From: Ylistrum balloti
Taxonomy: Eukaryota
Direction of reading: 5' to 3'
Length of the DNA: 64,000 nt
NCBI RefSeq assembly: GCF_031769215.1
Contig: NW_026782363.1
Location: 1,116,001 to 1,180,000 of the forward strand
Part shown: piece by piece, positions 42,501 through 55,526 of the stretch
Numbering within the stretch: position 1 is the first letter of the stretch
How the letters are laid out: every line of letters begins with the position of its first letter
Notes under the pieces: generated by a model
What the model saw: only the letters and a program-made list of their open reading frames with translations
What the model was told of the DNA's origin: nothing
Databases searched by the model: none
Program-made: the position numbers and the translations under genes

Positions 42501-43349
42501 AATTTTATCCTACAGGTTGACTAAGTGTGTACGATTTTATATATATATATATATATATATTGTTTGATTTTTTGTTCTAGAAAATACATTTTTTTCATAA
42601 CCGTCAACCTTAATCGTAATTATAGTATTTTTTCAAGCTTTAAACAAAGTGACAGTGAAAAGTGTCAATTAAATGTTTCGTCAGCATCCGTTTTGGATAG
42701 ACAGAAGAAACATGTTGGTACATGTTTGTGATGCGGACAGCTGCACGATTAAAACCGCCATCAACCTATTGTAATATATCTTTAAACGAAACAGAATCTC
42801 TCTGAAATCACTTTGTGTTCCTGGTATTAACAAAATATTTTTTTAAAAAATGGAAGAAATATTTGTTTGCGTTTTCACATTTTCTATGTTAAGTATAAGT
42901 TTGTGTTGTCTTTAGAAATATATCGAAGTAAGTACCGGTAATAATAGTCTCAGTTGATATGTATTACAAACCTTATATAATTATAACGCAATGGCTATTC
43001 ATCAATTAGTAAATGACACAATGAAAATTCTAATGAATCCACGTGTATTTAAAATAAAACCTTACCGGAAAACAAGATATTTACACATCAACATGGTGAT
43101 GACTTTGAATATGTGATGAATCAACAACACTACATGAGCGATAGAAATATGGTAAATCGTGCAACATTTCAGTAAAACCATTATCGTTTTCTTTTCCTGT
43201 GGTATTGAGGATAAAACACAGGCTAACCATACCAATAAGGTAGAGCGTAGCAATTAGACACTGAAAACGATTTACAATGATGCAAGAAGTCTTACTTCGG
43301 TTGTGTGTTGCTCGAAAATGTCCTGTCTAAATTGTTCGGCTTCCGCCAT
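36587..43349 (-). CDS. Gene C: ATF3-like bZIP with Pro/Thr/Trp repeat tail, ~324 aa from 38304 or ~342 aa with the putative first exon
   Basis: Putative exon 43349-43296 (MAEAEQFRQDIFEQHTTE, donor GTAAGA; less certain). Then 38304-38110 (MDGDL...ITPLLKEELWTKIQHSRL...VKTP, AG directly before ATG, donor GTGAGT), 37831-37724 (108 nt, LTNEEKTKVANRKEKNREAAVRCRQKRKNKQKELEQ) and 37258-36587 (ELEKEKERHRFLSEKCQSLLDEKEWIMSEL plus repeats, stop). All phase 0. Confidence 0.85.
38520..39350 (-). mobile_element. Degenerate LINE fragment (post-RT ORF2 region)
   Basis: Minus-strand reading gives RQLKLFDSIVLPDLTYGADVW, FCKRLLNL...SNFMVYGET, MIMYW and a later C..LCN..GDEF zinc-finger-like tail, with stops and frameshifts. 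Clade not assigned; boundaries approximate. Confidence 0.75.
40795..41598. repeat. 97-bp satellite, 8 near-identical copies plus a partial
   Basis: Period checked at 40799, 40896, 40993, 41090 and 41575. Confidence 0.95.
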
Positions 43350-43646
43350 TTTGTACTGCCCTGCTTCTTAGCTAGGTGTGACCTTTTTATGCCAAATACA
43401 TAAACGCAGTCATTGGATCACATTTGAAGGAATCGTGAAAAATAAAACATTTTTTCCAAAATCGTGCAACAAAGCTTATCGCAAAAAATTAAACACTAAT
43501 ATTTTCATTAAAAGATTTATATGTTTTCAAAGTATTGATTTTGTCAACTATTTGACTTTTCAACATTGGGTCTGAACGGTGATGATGAAATCTCTGTAGA
43601 CCATAGACACAACGTACGAGATACGTTTGTCCAGCAGCCATCTTGG
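43341..43646 (-). promoter_or_regulatory. YY1-type motifs at the putative start of gene C
   Basis: CAAAATGGCGGAA on minus (43353-43341) overlaps the putative ATG; a second CAAGATGGCTGC lies on minus at 43645-43634. Confidence 0.4.
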
Positions 43647-46144
43647 ATTTCTATATCAATAGCGATACATGTATGAGCCTTAATTCATCTATCTGTAAAC
43701 TACATAAATACAGATGTCGACATGACGATATACACTATAAATATAAACTTTAGCTATTGTTAAATCATCTGAGGTAAAAACTTCTGAAAATTTCCAAACT
43801 ACTTTATACAGTGATGTAATAACATTACAACACCGCTACATACATATATATCAGCCCGGTCGCCTACACACATGCTAGGCGTGCAGACCACGTGTTTACT
43901 TATCGTTACAAAACATAAACATTTGGACTTTTCCTATGATAATTAAACAGGATAAATGTGAAACAACGTGTGTTTTCATCTCAATCGTTACCAAGGAGGA
44001 GTGTTGCAATTCTAGCATTGTTTCAAGCTTCAAAATTAAACTATTTATTTAAATTTGATAATTTACTATCAAAATGCAATTAATTTATCAACAATGAAAA
44101 CAAATAAAATCAATGCATATTCTGAGCTATCATGTTAGTACAACATAGAGTAAGATGTATGATAGAAAAACTGCTGACTCGTGTGATAATGGCTGGTGAC
44201 AGATCGAGCCTCATAGCTACCCCTCCCACTCAAATTTAACATTTCTAAAACAGTACATAATACAACATTAACATGAACTCATAATGTTATCCTATGATCT
44301 AACACTGAAAATAAAAATGATAACATGTCATAAACCAGACAAATGCACCTAACAATATACCAGTCAGACAGTTGATGGTGCAGGTAATCGGCGAACAGTG
44401 AAATAACAGTGGCTTTACCGTTCTGTAGTTGACCAAGTTTTAAACAGCGTTGAATTTTTAGGTAAAAGTTATATAAACTCAAAATGACAGCACTTTTTAC
44501 TCACCCTCCTTGACTAGGATATATCAGACGAAATAAAACTATGAAATAAAATCCAACGGGCACATTTAAACTTCCAGCGTGGAGATTTAAAGTCTGTTCC
44601 TTTTGTTCAGTAAAGAGATGGGCGAGACATGTCGGGACTTGTTTTACCAAGGGACGTTACTCGGCTACCTCCATGTCATCGAAAATGACGTCAGCTACCT
44701 ATAAATGCTTATGCTGACTAAATATAGTAACAGGTACTTTCCTATCGAAAATCTTTTGAGGTCAGCAAAATATGTGTATATAAATAGTCTGAATGATACA
44801 CTGTCTCCATAGTTTAGATAAATGTTTTAAACTGAATTTATGTCACGTTGGAGATTAAGAATATGATAGATACGATAAAAACACGAAAGAAAACAAATTT
44901 TGTTGCAAAAATATTACAAAATAACAATACAAATATTCTACCAATTTCCCCTTGTGGTACCTCTTTACTTCAAATTTCCTATATCATGGTATGGTGATAC
45001 ACTTGTAAATATTTACAACCGGCGAAACAAAACAATTCAGAATAATGTTACAAAATATATTTCTCGTATCTAACTAGTATTTAAACATCAACAGCTGCAA
45101 CTACGGGACACATATAACTATTTCTCATCGAATTAAGCGTTTTAACCGAAATGAAAACACGGAAGTACATTTGGATATGTGGTATTTAACGAGGAGACCA
45201 CGCAGGGGGAAATTGATAAAACATAAAATTCATAAAAAATAATAAATAAACAGATTTCTTAAGCGAGACTTTGATTGTACATATATGTTATAGAAATACT
45301 GATCGGGTATGAACAAATGAAATAAATATTAAAGAATAATATGTATACATCGTGATATTAAAAAAAAAAACAATTTGCATAGCGTACACGTGTATACGAA
45401 CTTTCTACATGAAAATGGTGTGTTATGATAAATCTCAACTGAGATGAAGCCTTTAAAGTTACTGCACTGTTTGTTATCTCATAAAAATTGGCATGTCTAA
45501 ATAGTATCTAGGGTGACATTTTTTTATTTCTTCTTTTTTCTTTCTTTTAGTCCACTACGAGTTGTTTCCCTTTAAATACATTTCAAATGCATCCAAGCAA
45601 AAGTTGAGTTATCAAAAAAAAAAAAAAAAATGTGCGAAAACAAACCGATAATTGTACATACAATTCCCAAACTTCTCTGACCCACAAAATAATAACTGAT
45701 AAAAACCTTGATCTAGACACACCACTCCGCTAGAACTAATGCAATATATATTGCACCGTCGACTATTTCTTCTGATTTTGAAATACCAGGTAACTACAAT
45801 TCACTTGAACACCTTTAAATATTTTTAAGATAAATGGAATTTATTAACGACTTGACCGAAAATTCCAGGTTCTACACAAGTAATACGAGTCAGAATCAGC
45901 CGTATAGATATCTATAAGACGATCTCGTTTCTAGGCCAGGAGCCACTCAGGTTTTTGTAATAATATATAAACTTTACCGTAAAAAGTTAACTAAAGGACA
46001 TGTCCTGTGTTTGTATGAATATCATACTTAAAATGCATATTTGTTTGTTTGTGGTTTTTCCATTTGTCCAACATCTATGCTTTGGGTTATGTGCCAATCA
46101 TTTCATTCCCGTAGACCACGCCTGGGCTTCTCAAAACCTATCGC

Positions 46145-46330
46145 GAAGGCAAGGAAATAGGCTGCCCTCTCCTACAGCCGTTCTCTTCATAATTTTCGAT
46201 GAAGACAAGGAAAGGTGCTGCCCTTTCCTGCAGTCCATTTTCCTCCAAACCTTCCTCGAAGGCAAGGAAAGGTGCTGCTTTTTCCTTCTGGCTATTCTCC
46301 CTATAACCTATTGTGGAAACAAGGACACGT
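46145..46330. repeat. Degenerate ~57-bp tandem repeat, ~3.5 copies
   Basis: A gaaggcaaggaaa-like core recurs at ~46145, 46201, 46258 and 46317. Confidence 0.6.
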
Positions 46331-46566
46331 GTTCCCACATATCATGTCTTTTTCCCTCCAAATTATACGAGTACCTTGGATATACTATTCTACGTTCAAG
46401 AGTAACATATATGAACGTCTAATTGATACAGGTGTTTTGTAAAGTATATTTCCTTTGTTTCTCTAAAAATAACAGTTTCATTACATCGAGTGGGATGAAA
46501 AGTGTGATATTTTTCACGAGTTTCCAAATATTAACAGATGATAACTTCTATTGCCGGAGAACCAAT

Positions 46567-47797
46567 ATATATCTGATATACTTATAAACACAACTCCGAC
46601 AGATATATAGTTTTGTTGTCATTATGTCTATATATCTGATACAAGTTCTCTATAAACACAACTCCGACAGGTATATAGTTTTGTTGTCATTATGTCTATA
46701 TATCTGATACAAGTTCTCTATAAACACAACTCCGACAGATATATAGTTTTGTTGTCATTATGTCTATATATCTGATACAAGTTCTCTATAAACACAACTC
46801 CGACAGATATATAGATTTGTTGTCATTATGTCTATATATCTGATACAAGTTCTCTATAAACACAACTCCGACAGGTATATAGTTTTGTTGTCATTATGTC
46901 TATATATCTGATACAAGTTCTCTATAAACACAATTCCGACAGGTATATAGATTTGTTGTCATTACGTCTATATATCTGATACATGTTCTCTATAAACACA
47001 ACTCCGACAGGTATATAGATTTGTTGTCATTATGTCTATATATCTGATACAAGTTCTCTATAAACACAACTCCGACAGGTATATAGATTTGTTGTCATTA
47101 AGTCTATATATCTGATACAAGTTCTCTATAAACACAACTCCGACAGGTATATAGATTTGTTGTCATTATGTCTATATATCTGATACAAGTTCTCTATAAA
47201 CACAACTCCGACAGGTATATAGATTTGTTGTCATTATGTCTATATATCTGATACAAGTTCTCTATAAACACAACTCCGACAACAGGTATATAGATTTGTT
47301 GTCATTAAGTCTATATATCTGTTCTCTATAAACACAATACATATGTCTATATATCTGTTCTCTATAAACACAACTCCGACAGGTATATAGATTTGTTGTC
47401 ATTATGTCTATATATCTGATACAAGTTCTCTATAAACACAACTCCGACAGGTATATAGATTTGTTGTCATTAAGTCTATATATCTGATACATGTTCTCTA
47501 TAAACACAATTCCGACAGGTATATAGATTTGTTGTCATTATGTCTATATATCTGATACAAGTTCTCTATAAACACATCTTCGACAGATATATAGTTTTGT
47601 TGTCATTATTTCTATATATCTGATACAAGTTCTCTATAAACACAACTCCGACAGATATATAGTTTTGTTGTCATTATGTCTATATATCTGATACAAGTTC
47701 TCTATAAACACAACTCCGACAGGTATATAGATTTGTTGTCATTATGTCTATATATCTGATACAAGTTCTCTATAAACACATCTTCGACAGATATATA
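46567..47797. repeat. 68-bp satellite, ~18 copies
   Basis: Unit tatatatctgatacaagttctctataaacacaactccgacaggtatatagatttgttgtcattatgtc; period checked at 46636/46704. Confidence 0.95.
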
Positions 47798-49547
47798 GTT
47801 TTCGTATCTAAGATACAAATCAAATCATAAAGTGACTACAACACATAAAACACTCAGATAGATACTCAGATTAATCAGAATCGAGACAGTTCAGTATAAC
47901 GTGTTACCTACCATTTTAGAAGGTTATGTCTGCCAAAGTTGTCGCTCTTGACGTCCACATTGCACCATGGGAGAATTGATCATTTAACTCCAAATGAACA
48001 AATTGGTCAGAAATGAGTTTAAAAAAGTAAACTTACTATTTTCTACTATTGAGACTATCGCTTATATCTTATATCACAAGATTGCCTGGTTATTCAGTGA
48101 AAAAACATGTGTGATGTACTTTGACGTCACTTTATAAAATGAAATGACGTCACACATTCACATGATTGCGCCAGCGTAACAATGGTTAGATATAGCAAGA
48201 ACATGCTTTAAAATTCTTTGACTCGTTTCATAAATTCACATATGAAACCGAAAATCATATAAAATCCTATATCGATCACCTAATTTGTCTGTTATCTTGT
48301 GGTTTAACACATGTAATAGTTTTTGTATATGTCACTAGGGTAATATACCCAAGATCGTTTTCTTCATCTGTGGCTGTTGTCAAAAAACGATTGTGATGTC
48401 ATAAATGTACAATGACGTCACCACTGCCGTGTACCTGTTAAGGAATTGTTACGTAAACAACATTGTTTTCCTTCGGGTTTTTTTTTGTGAATATAATAGG
48501 CGATAAAGCATAAACAATTTATCGCTTAAAAGCGAATGTTATTGGAGTGTCTCCACGACTTAAAATAAACCCTAAACTGCTTAAACATTTTGATATGAGC
48601 AAAATCTCACAGCAGGTCTCGCCACGATGCCAAAATCAACTGTTCGCTCGACTCTGTGAAGGGCTCACAATTATTTGTAAACATAACAGCACCATACAAA
48701 TAGTGTAATACAAATCTCGAGTATTGTTGAGTTTCGCGTGGTACGTCTCCCGATCAGATTGTATCCACAACAGTGAAAGTTTAGCTTAAAGTGATTACCT
48801 ACAACTTGTTTTTGTCGTCAATAATGTTACTTTAAACCTGTCATTTAATATAGGATATAATAAATTATGGAAACTTTCCTAGTACAAAAGGTACATATGT
48901 ACTTATAGACTGGATTTATACTAAAGGAACAATAAGACGCATGCACAAACATGCAATTCAATTATTTAAGTACCTTTCTTACACTTTGGGAGGCTAGGAC
49001 AAACATACTTCTTGAGATTTTCCATAGATGCTGCATGGTTGGTGAATGTGTGGTGCTCCTGAGGATAAGAATTGTGTGGCATGGTCATACACTTCGATAC
49101 ATGTGTATACTACACACGTGTATAAAATATAAGACTGTCTCATGCAACATACATGGACGTTACATCATCGAACTCTCCAGAAAATTAAAGACGTTTCGAA
49201 CATCAGCATTCTAAAATGTACAGACAACTTGGTATATCAAAGTTGTTTTTGTATCATAATTGGAAATTACTGTACCACAACACAGTGAAACAAATTTAAC
49301 GTAATAGTCACGTTACTTAAACATAATGAGATAATAATAGAATGGAAAGACAAGGTCGTAAAATATTGTGTGTAATCGTATATAGAATCGCACTGTTATC
49401 GTCAGTAAAATATCGAGTGTGGTAATTTGGCATGACGTTGTCGCCTTAAAAACAGTGACATTCGTGGTGGCAATGTGGGAGAATCGAACAGAATTTTAAA
49501 AAAAAATCATATCTGGAGCGTGCCCTTGTAAATCAAAAGTGACAATC

Positions 49548-52082
49548 TTGATGTAGTTATAGTGTTGTAGTAAATCTGTGGTGATAATCGTGATGTAGTT
49601 ACAGTGTTATTGTAGTAAATCTGTGGTGATAATCGTGATGTAGTTACAGTGTTATTGTAGTAAATCTGTGGTGATAATCGTCATGTAGTTACAGTGTTAT
49701 TGTAGTAAATCTGTGGTGATAATCGTGATGTATTATAGTGTTATTGTAGTAAATCTGTGGTGATAATCGTGATGTAGTTACAGTGTTATTGTAGTAAATC
49801 TGTGGTGATAATCGTGATGTAGTTATAGTGTTATTGTAGTAAATCTGTGGTGATAATCGTCATGTAGTTACAGTGTTATTGTAGTATCTGTGGTGATAAT
49901 CGTGATGTAGTTACAGTGTTATTGTAGTAAATCTGTGGTGATAATCGTGATGTAGTTACAGTGTTATTGTAGTAAATCTGTGGTGATAATCGTGATGTAG
50001 TTATAGTGTTGTAGTAAATCTGTGGTGATAATCGTGATGTAGTTACAGTGTTATTGTAGTAAATCTGTGGTGATAATCGTGATGTAGTTACAGTGTTGTA
50101 GTAAATCTGTGGTGATAATCGTGATGTAGTTACAGTGTTATTGTAGTAAATCTGTGGTGATAATCGTGATGTAGTTATAGTGTTGTAGTAAATATGTGGT
50201 GATAATAGTGATGTAGTTATAGTGTTGTAGTAAATCTGTGGTGATAATCGAGTTGTAGTTACTGTGTTTTTGGATTATCTGTGGTGATAATCGTGATGTA
50301 GTTATAGTGTTGTAGTAAATCTGTGGTGATAATCGTGATGTAGTTACAGTGTTATTGTAGTAAATCTGTGGTGATAATCGTGATGTAGTTACATGTAGTT
50401 ACAGTGTTATTGTAGTAAATCTGTGGTGATAATCGTCATGTAGTTACAGTGTTATTGTAGTAAATCTGTGGTGATAATCGTGATGTAGTTACAGTGTTAT
50501 TGTAGTAAATCTGTGGTGATAATCGTGATGTAGTTACAGTGTTATTGTAGTAAATCTGTGATGATAATCGTCATGTAGCTACAGTGTTATTGTAGTAAAT
50601 CTGTGATGATAATCGTCATGTAGTTACAGTGTTATTGTAGTAAATCTGTGGTGATAATCGTGATATAGTTACAGTGTTATTGTAGTAAATCTGTGGTGAT
50701 AATAGTAAATCTGTGATGATAATCGTCATGTAGTTACAGTGTTATTGTAGTAAATCTGTGGTGATAATCGTGATATAGTTACAGTGTTATTGTAGTAAAT
50801 CTGTGGTGATAATCGTGATGTAGTTACAGTGTTGTTGTAGTAAATCTGTGGTGATAATCGTGATGTAGTTATAGTGTTGTTGTAGTAAATCTGTGGTGAT
50901 AATCGTGATGTAGTTATAGTGTTATTGTAGTAAATCTGTGATGATAATCGTGATGTAGTTACAGTGTTATTGTAGTAAATCTGTGGTGATAATCGTGATG
51001 TAGTTACAGTGTTATTGTAGTAAATCTGTGGTGATAATCGTGATGTAGTTATAGTGTTGTAGTAAATCTGTGGTGATAATCGTGATGTAGTTACAGTGTT
51101 ATTGTAGTAAATCTGTGGTGATAATCGTGATGTAGTTACAGTGTTATTGTAGTAAATCTGTGGTGATAATCGTGATGTAGTTACAGTGTTATTGTAGTAA
51201 ATCTGTGGTGATAATCGTGATGTAGTTACAGTGTTATTGTAGTAAATCTGTGGTGATAATCGTGATGTAGTTATAGTGTTGTAGTAAATCTGTGGTGATA
51301 ATCGTGATGTAGTTACAGTGTTATTGTAGTAAATCTGTGGTGATAATCGTGATGTAGTTACAGTGTTATTGTAGTATCTGTGGTGATAATCGTGATGTAG
51401 TTACAGTGTTATTGTAGTAAATCTGTGGTGATAATCGTGATGTAGTTACAGTGTTATTGTAGTAAATCTGTGGTGATAATCGTGATGTAGTTACAGTGTT
51501 ATTGTAGTAAATCTGTGGTGATAATCGTGATGTAGTTACAGTGTTATTGTAGTATCTGTGGTGATAATCGTGATGTAGTTATAGTGTTGTAGTAAATCTG
51601 TGGTGATAATCGTGATGTAGTTACAGTGTTATTGTAGTAAATCTGTGGTGATAATCGTGATGTAGTTATAGTGTTGTAGTAAATCTGTGGTGATAATCGT
51701 GATGTAGTTACAGTGTTATTGTATAAATCTGTGCTGATAATCGTGATGTAGTTACAGTGTTGTTGTAGTAAATCTGTGGTGATAATCGTGATGTAGTTAC
51801 AGTGTTATTGTAGTAAATCTGTGGTGATAATCGTGATGTAGTTACATTGTTATTGTAGTAAATTTGTGGTGATAATCGTGATGTAGTTATAGTGTTGTAG
51901 TAAATCTGTGCTGATAATCGTGATGTAGTTATAGTGTTATTGTAGTAAATCTGTGGTGATAATCGTGATGTAGTTACAGTGTTATTGTAGTAAATCTGTG
52001 GTGATAATCGTGATATAGTTACAGTGTTATTGTAGTAAATCTGTGGTGATAATCGTGATGTAGTTACAGTGTTATTGTAGTA
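49548..52082. repeat. 45-bp satellite with 42-bp variants, ~57 copies
   Basis: Unit tgatgtagttacagtgttattgtagtaaatctgtggtgataatcg; period checked at 49591/49636. Confidence 0.95.
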
Positions 52083-53980
52083 ACGGTTACCGATGTACTA
52101 AGTAGTAATTTGATATGAAGTGATAATCGAGGCAGCGTGTAGAATCTGTGTAAATGATCTGTTATAAATATATTACAAGAGACTAAAACTGTAACATTTC
52201 GTGTAAATATCAGTCGATAATCGTAATGCCGTTTAGTATTATCATAAGTATGTTACGTTTATCGTTTTACACATAACTTTTTTTTATAAATATGTGATTA
52301 TCGTATGCGGTTTTGCTTAATCGTCAAAAGTAGGCAATAAATAATTGTCTTGCAGTTTAATGTCGCCTTGAAATTGAGGCGACAGATCAGTGCTGTTGTC
52401 AAAATAGGCTATAATCAAATTGAAGTGCAACTTTGTCATAAAATTTGGGCGATAATCACAATGCAGTTCATAGTCGCCTAACAATGGGCGATAATCACGA
52501 TAATCACAATGCAGATTTGTGTCAATAAAAAGTTATTGCTGTCGTGAAGGGGCGATAATCACAATGTGATCACTATATTTATCCTGACTTATGGCTAAAT
52601 GAGTTTATCTAGTACAGTTCAGCCAAGAGAAAATTGAGACAAAAAGAGTAGTCTTCAGAACCAGTGACTTCAATCGATATGAAATCAGTGATATTTTGTA
52701 TCAAATTAACGTTTCTTTTGGTTATTTTCGTTTTGTTGATCGTTTAATTATGAATTTTCAGCCTGGATCCGAGGCGGACATGGAAAGAAACAACATCTGT
52801 GTTACCGAGATTAATTCTGCCCGATGTTCCACGTACAGGGAAAATAGCAGATCACCCCCACATAACATCTGTAGAGCTCTTTTCTCTTTTCATGTGAAAC
52901 CTGCGTTAGCTCCATCAATTATTTGAAAAGGATATCAATATCAAAGTCATATTTACAAAACTCGTATGTTTGAAATAAGTTTTCTTATTGGTTATTGGTA
53001 GATGTGAAATATTCGTGGACGTGATCGACTGTAATGTTGCGAATTTCTCACATAATAAAATTTCAGAAGGATACAGTCAACCTTGTTTTTCCAAAGCAAT
53101 TAAAATCCTCATGTTTTTCATGTAAACGATTCCTTCCATCTTTAACATCACTTTTAACGAGGTCCGTTATTGCTGGATTACAAATAAGATACATTTTGTT
53201 AAATACGATACAAATTTATTAATTTCAGTATAATACATGTTACTTGTTTTTCCTCATCGATATGCGACGAGTCGACTACTGACAATATCAGTGTCTCTTC
53301 TCTCAATCTGCCGCTCACAAAATCACTATATAAAAAACAATACAAAAAACGGTTAAAGGACTCCGCCGAGTTACCATTACCTTAGAGTAAATATGTACAA
53401 AAATACGTGGGCTTCATCGCAGTTATACTTTCGTTTCCCGAGTATTTAGCATTATCATGAACATTTTGATTTTCTCAGTGTGTTCTGGTTAAATAAAACT
53501 ATAATGTGATGGAGAATGTTTATTCAACATGTTTGTTCAATGACAAGAGTTCAAAGACGATGACAAGTCTGAAGTTTTTGTTCAACACAGTAAAAGTTCT
53601 TCTTTTCACTTTGTCGTGTGTACAATACCACAGTCCACGTGGAACTAAAATCCCTCAAGGACAAGGCAATCAATACTAGAGACATCCCCACCGTCAGATT
53701 TATCATGTGATGGCGGAAGACGCTCCAAAGAACTATGTGGTAAGAATGTAGATGGAATTGATGAGACTAGTGTTAAGTTGTCATACGTCAGAATGACCGA
53801 GATTTGTCCTAAAGCCAAATCATAAAGCCCATGTTGGAAACTTGCGAATTCAAGCCCGGGCCAGCACATTCGACTCACAGAATATGACACTTTCAAGTCA
53901 GTCTCCGTGGATACTGCGCAGTCGCAGTCATCGTAGTATGCAGTGAGCGGCAGTAAAATCCTTGTTTTACTGCATGCGCA

Positions 53981-55309
53981 TCACGAAGCACACGTGACCT
54001 CGGTTCCCATGGACATTGGGGCGCCCATGGCGACGGTCATCATCCCTGTTGTTGTGGGAGGGGGTGTTGTTGTAGGTTGATGCCATGTAGGTGGTAAGGC
54101 CCAGCGAATATGCCAGGGAATCTTAATCTTGTTCTTCAAAAGCTCCTCAATAAACTTCTTTTCTTCCTCAAGGCGCTGAACCTTCTGCAAGAGTTCCTGG
54201 TTTTTCCCTTCAAGTGTCTTCAAGGTCTGTAAGAAAACAAAAATGAGGTTAGAATACAAAATAATTCATAGGTTGGTGTAGGCCTAACTTGTGTTGCTCT
54301 CATACTTTGCTGAATCAAAACACCACCATCTTAACCCAGGATTGTAAACAAATTGTACACTGGACCAGAGACGTATATATTGTTATTTATGTCTCTGACT
54401 GGACCGAACCATCCAAGTTTCTTCTATTATTTCGGGAGTTTTAGTGTTTTAATTGGGAAAATTAAAGGGATTTGCCATTGTGAATGGGGCACTTACGTTG
54501 CCCATATCCGGTTCCAAATCCTAAATATTATAAGTTTACATATAAATGAACAAAGATAATTTTATTGACTAAAAAGTTAATGTAAGGTTAGAGACTTACC
54601 TCGATCTGTGATCCGGATTGTTGCCGACGACGTTGTCTGTAAGCTTGTGCAGATTTCTTGTTTCTCTCTCGTCTTCTTGCTTTTCTCTTCTCCTCTTTCG
54701 TCTATTGAACAAAATATAAATCCTTACAACCTGTGTTATATAAGGCTATCACCATGCCATGACGTGTATAACAAGAGTATCAACTTTCGTTTTGACAGAT
54801 CTTGATATTTCTGTGTATTATCATCATTCGTCAAATTTTTACTGTAGTATCACGTAATGGCGAGAATGTAAAGCGAAACGAAATAACTGCGTAAATACAG
54901 ACCTAGATTGTAAACTACTGATTGGTGCAATAAACAGCATTGATTGCATCAAGTGTAGCTCTATTATACTGAACTATAGTATTACATCTGTAGATCACAG
55001 TATACTTACCATCACGTCGCCACTAGATTCAACAGAGCCAGTTCCCTCGTTTATAACCATGGAGCCGTTGTCACTCTCCGAGTCACAGAAAGACGACTGT
55101 GAGGATGTATCCGGGGAAAGAATGGCACTATAGTTATTATAGTTATTAAAGTTATAATTTGTATCTCCATTTTCCACTTTGGTAACTGCCTGCACTGCCA
55201 TTTCAGCCCTTTCTCGGTCAATGACTTCCCTGGGTCCGGAACAAACCCCTTCCCCGACGTTCCTCGGCTCGCTACAACAGGACTCCTTCTGAACAAACAC
55301 TCGAACCAT
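53981..55309 (-). CDS. Gene D: divergent bZIP transcription factor lacking the ATF3 N-terminal motif, ~215 aa
   Basis: Exons 55309-55010 (MVRVFVQKESCC...SSGDVM, donor GTAAGT), 54701-54600 (102 nt, TKEEKRKARRRERNKKSAQAYRQRRRQQSGSQIE, donor GTAAGT) and 54226-53981 (TLKTLEGKNQELLQKVQRLEEEKKFIEELL..., stop). Intron position relative to the invariant Asn is the same as in the other four genes. Confidence 0.87.
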
Positions 55310-55504
55310 TTTCTCTTCTATGAATTTTGATGAGTATTTCCTCACAAAAATAAAGAATAATTCACTTAGAATTGGTTAACTTTGAAATCGTAAACTGTCG
55401 AGTGGTTTCGTAAGAATAGCTGGTACAAGTGTATTGATACGGACGATAGGTTTCTCTCTCAGCTGATCGCAACGTGAAGTGAAGGCCGAACGAGGTTACC
55501 TGCG

Positions 55505-55526
55505 CTATATACAGATTGCGAATCTG
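55505..55526 (-). promoter_or_regulatory. Candidate TATA box and C/EBP-like near-palindrome of gene D
   Basis: TATATAG on minus at 55511-55505, about 200 bp upstream of the ATG; adjacent CAGATTGCGAATCTG at 55512-55526. Confidence 0.4.

Noticed and set aside
40795-52082. Regular arrays resembling CRISPR
   Set aside because: No unique spacers, no cas genes, and spliced eukaryotic context; these are plain tandem repeats.
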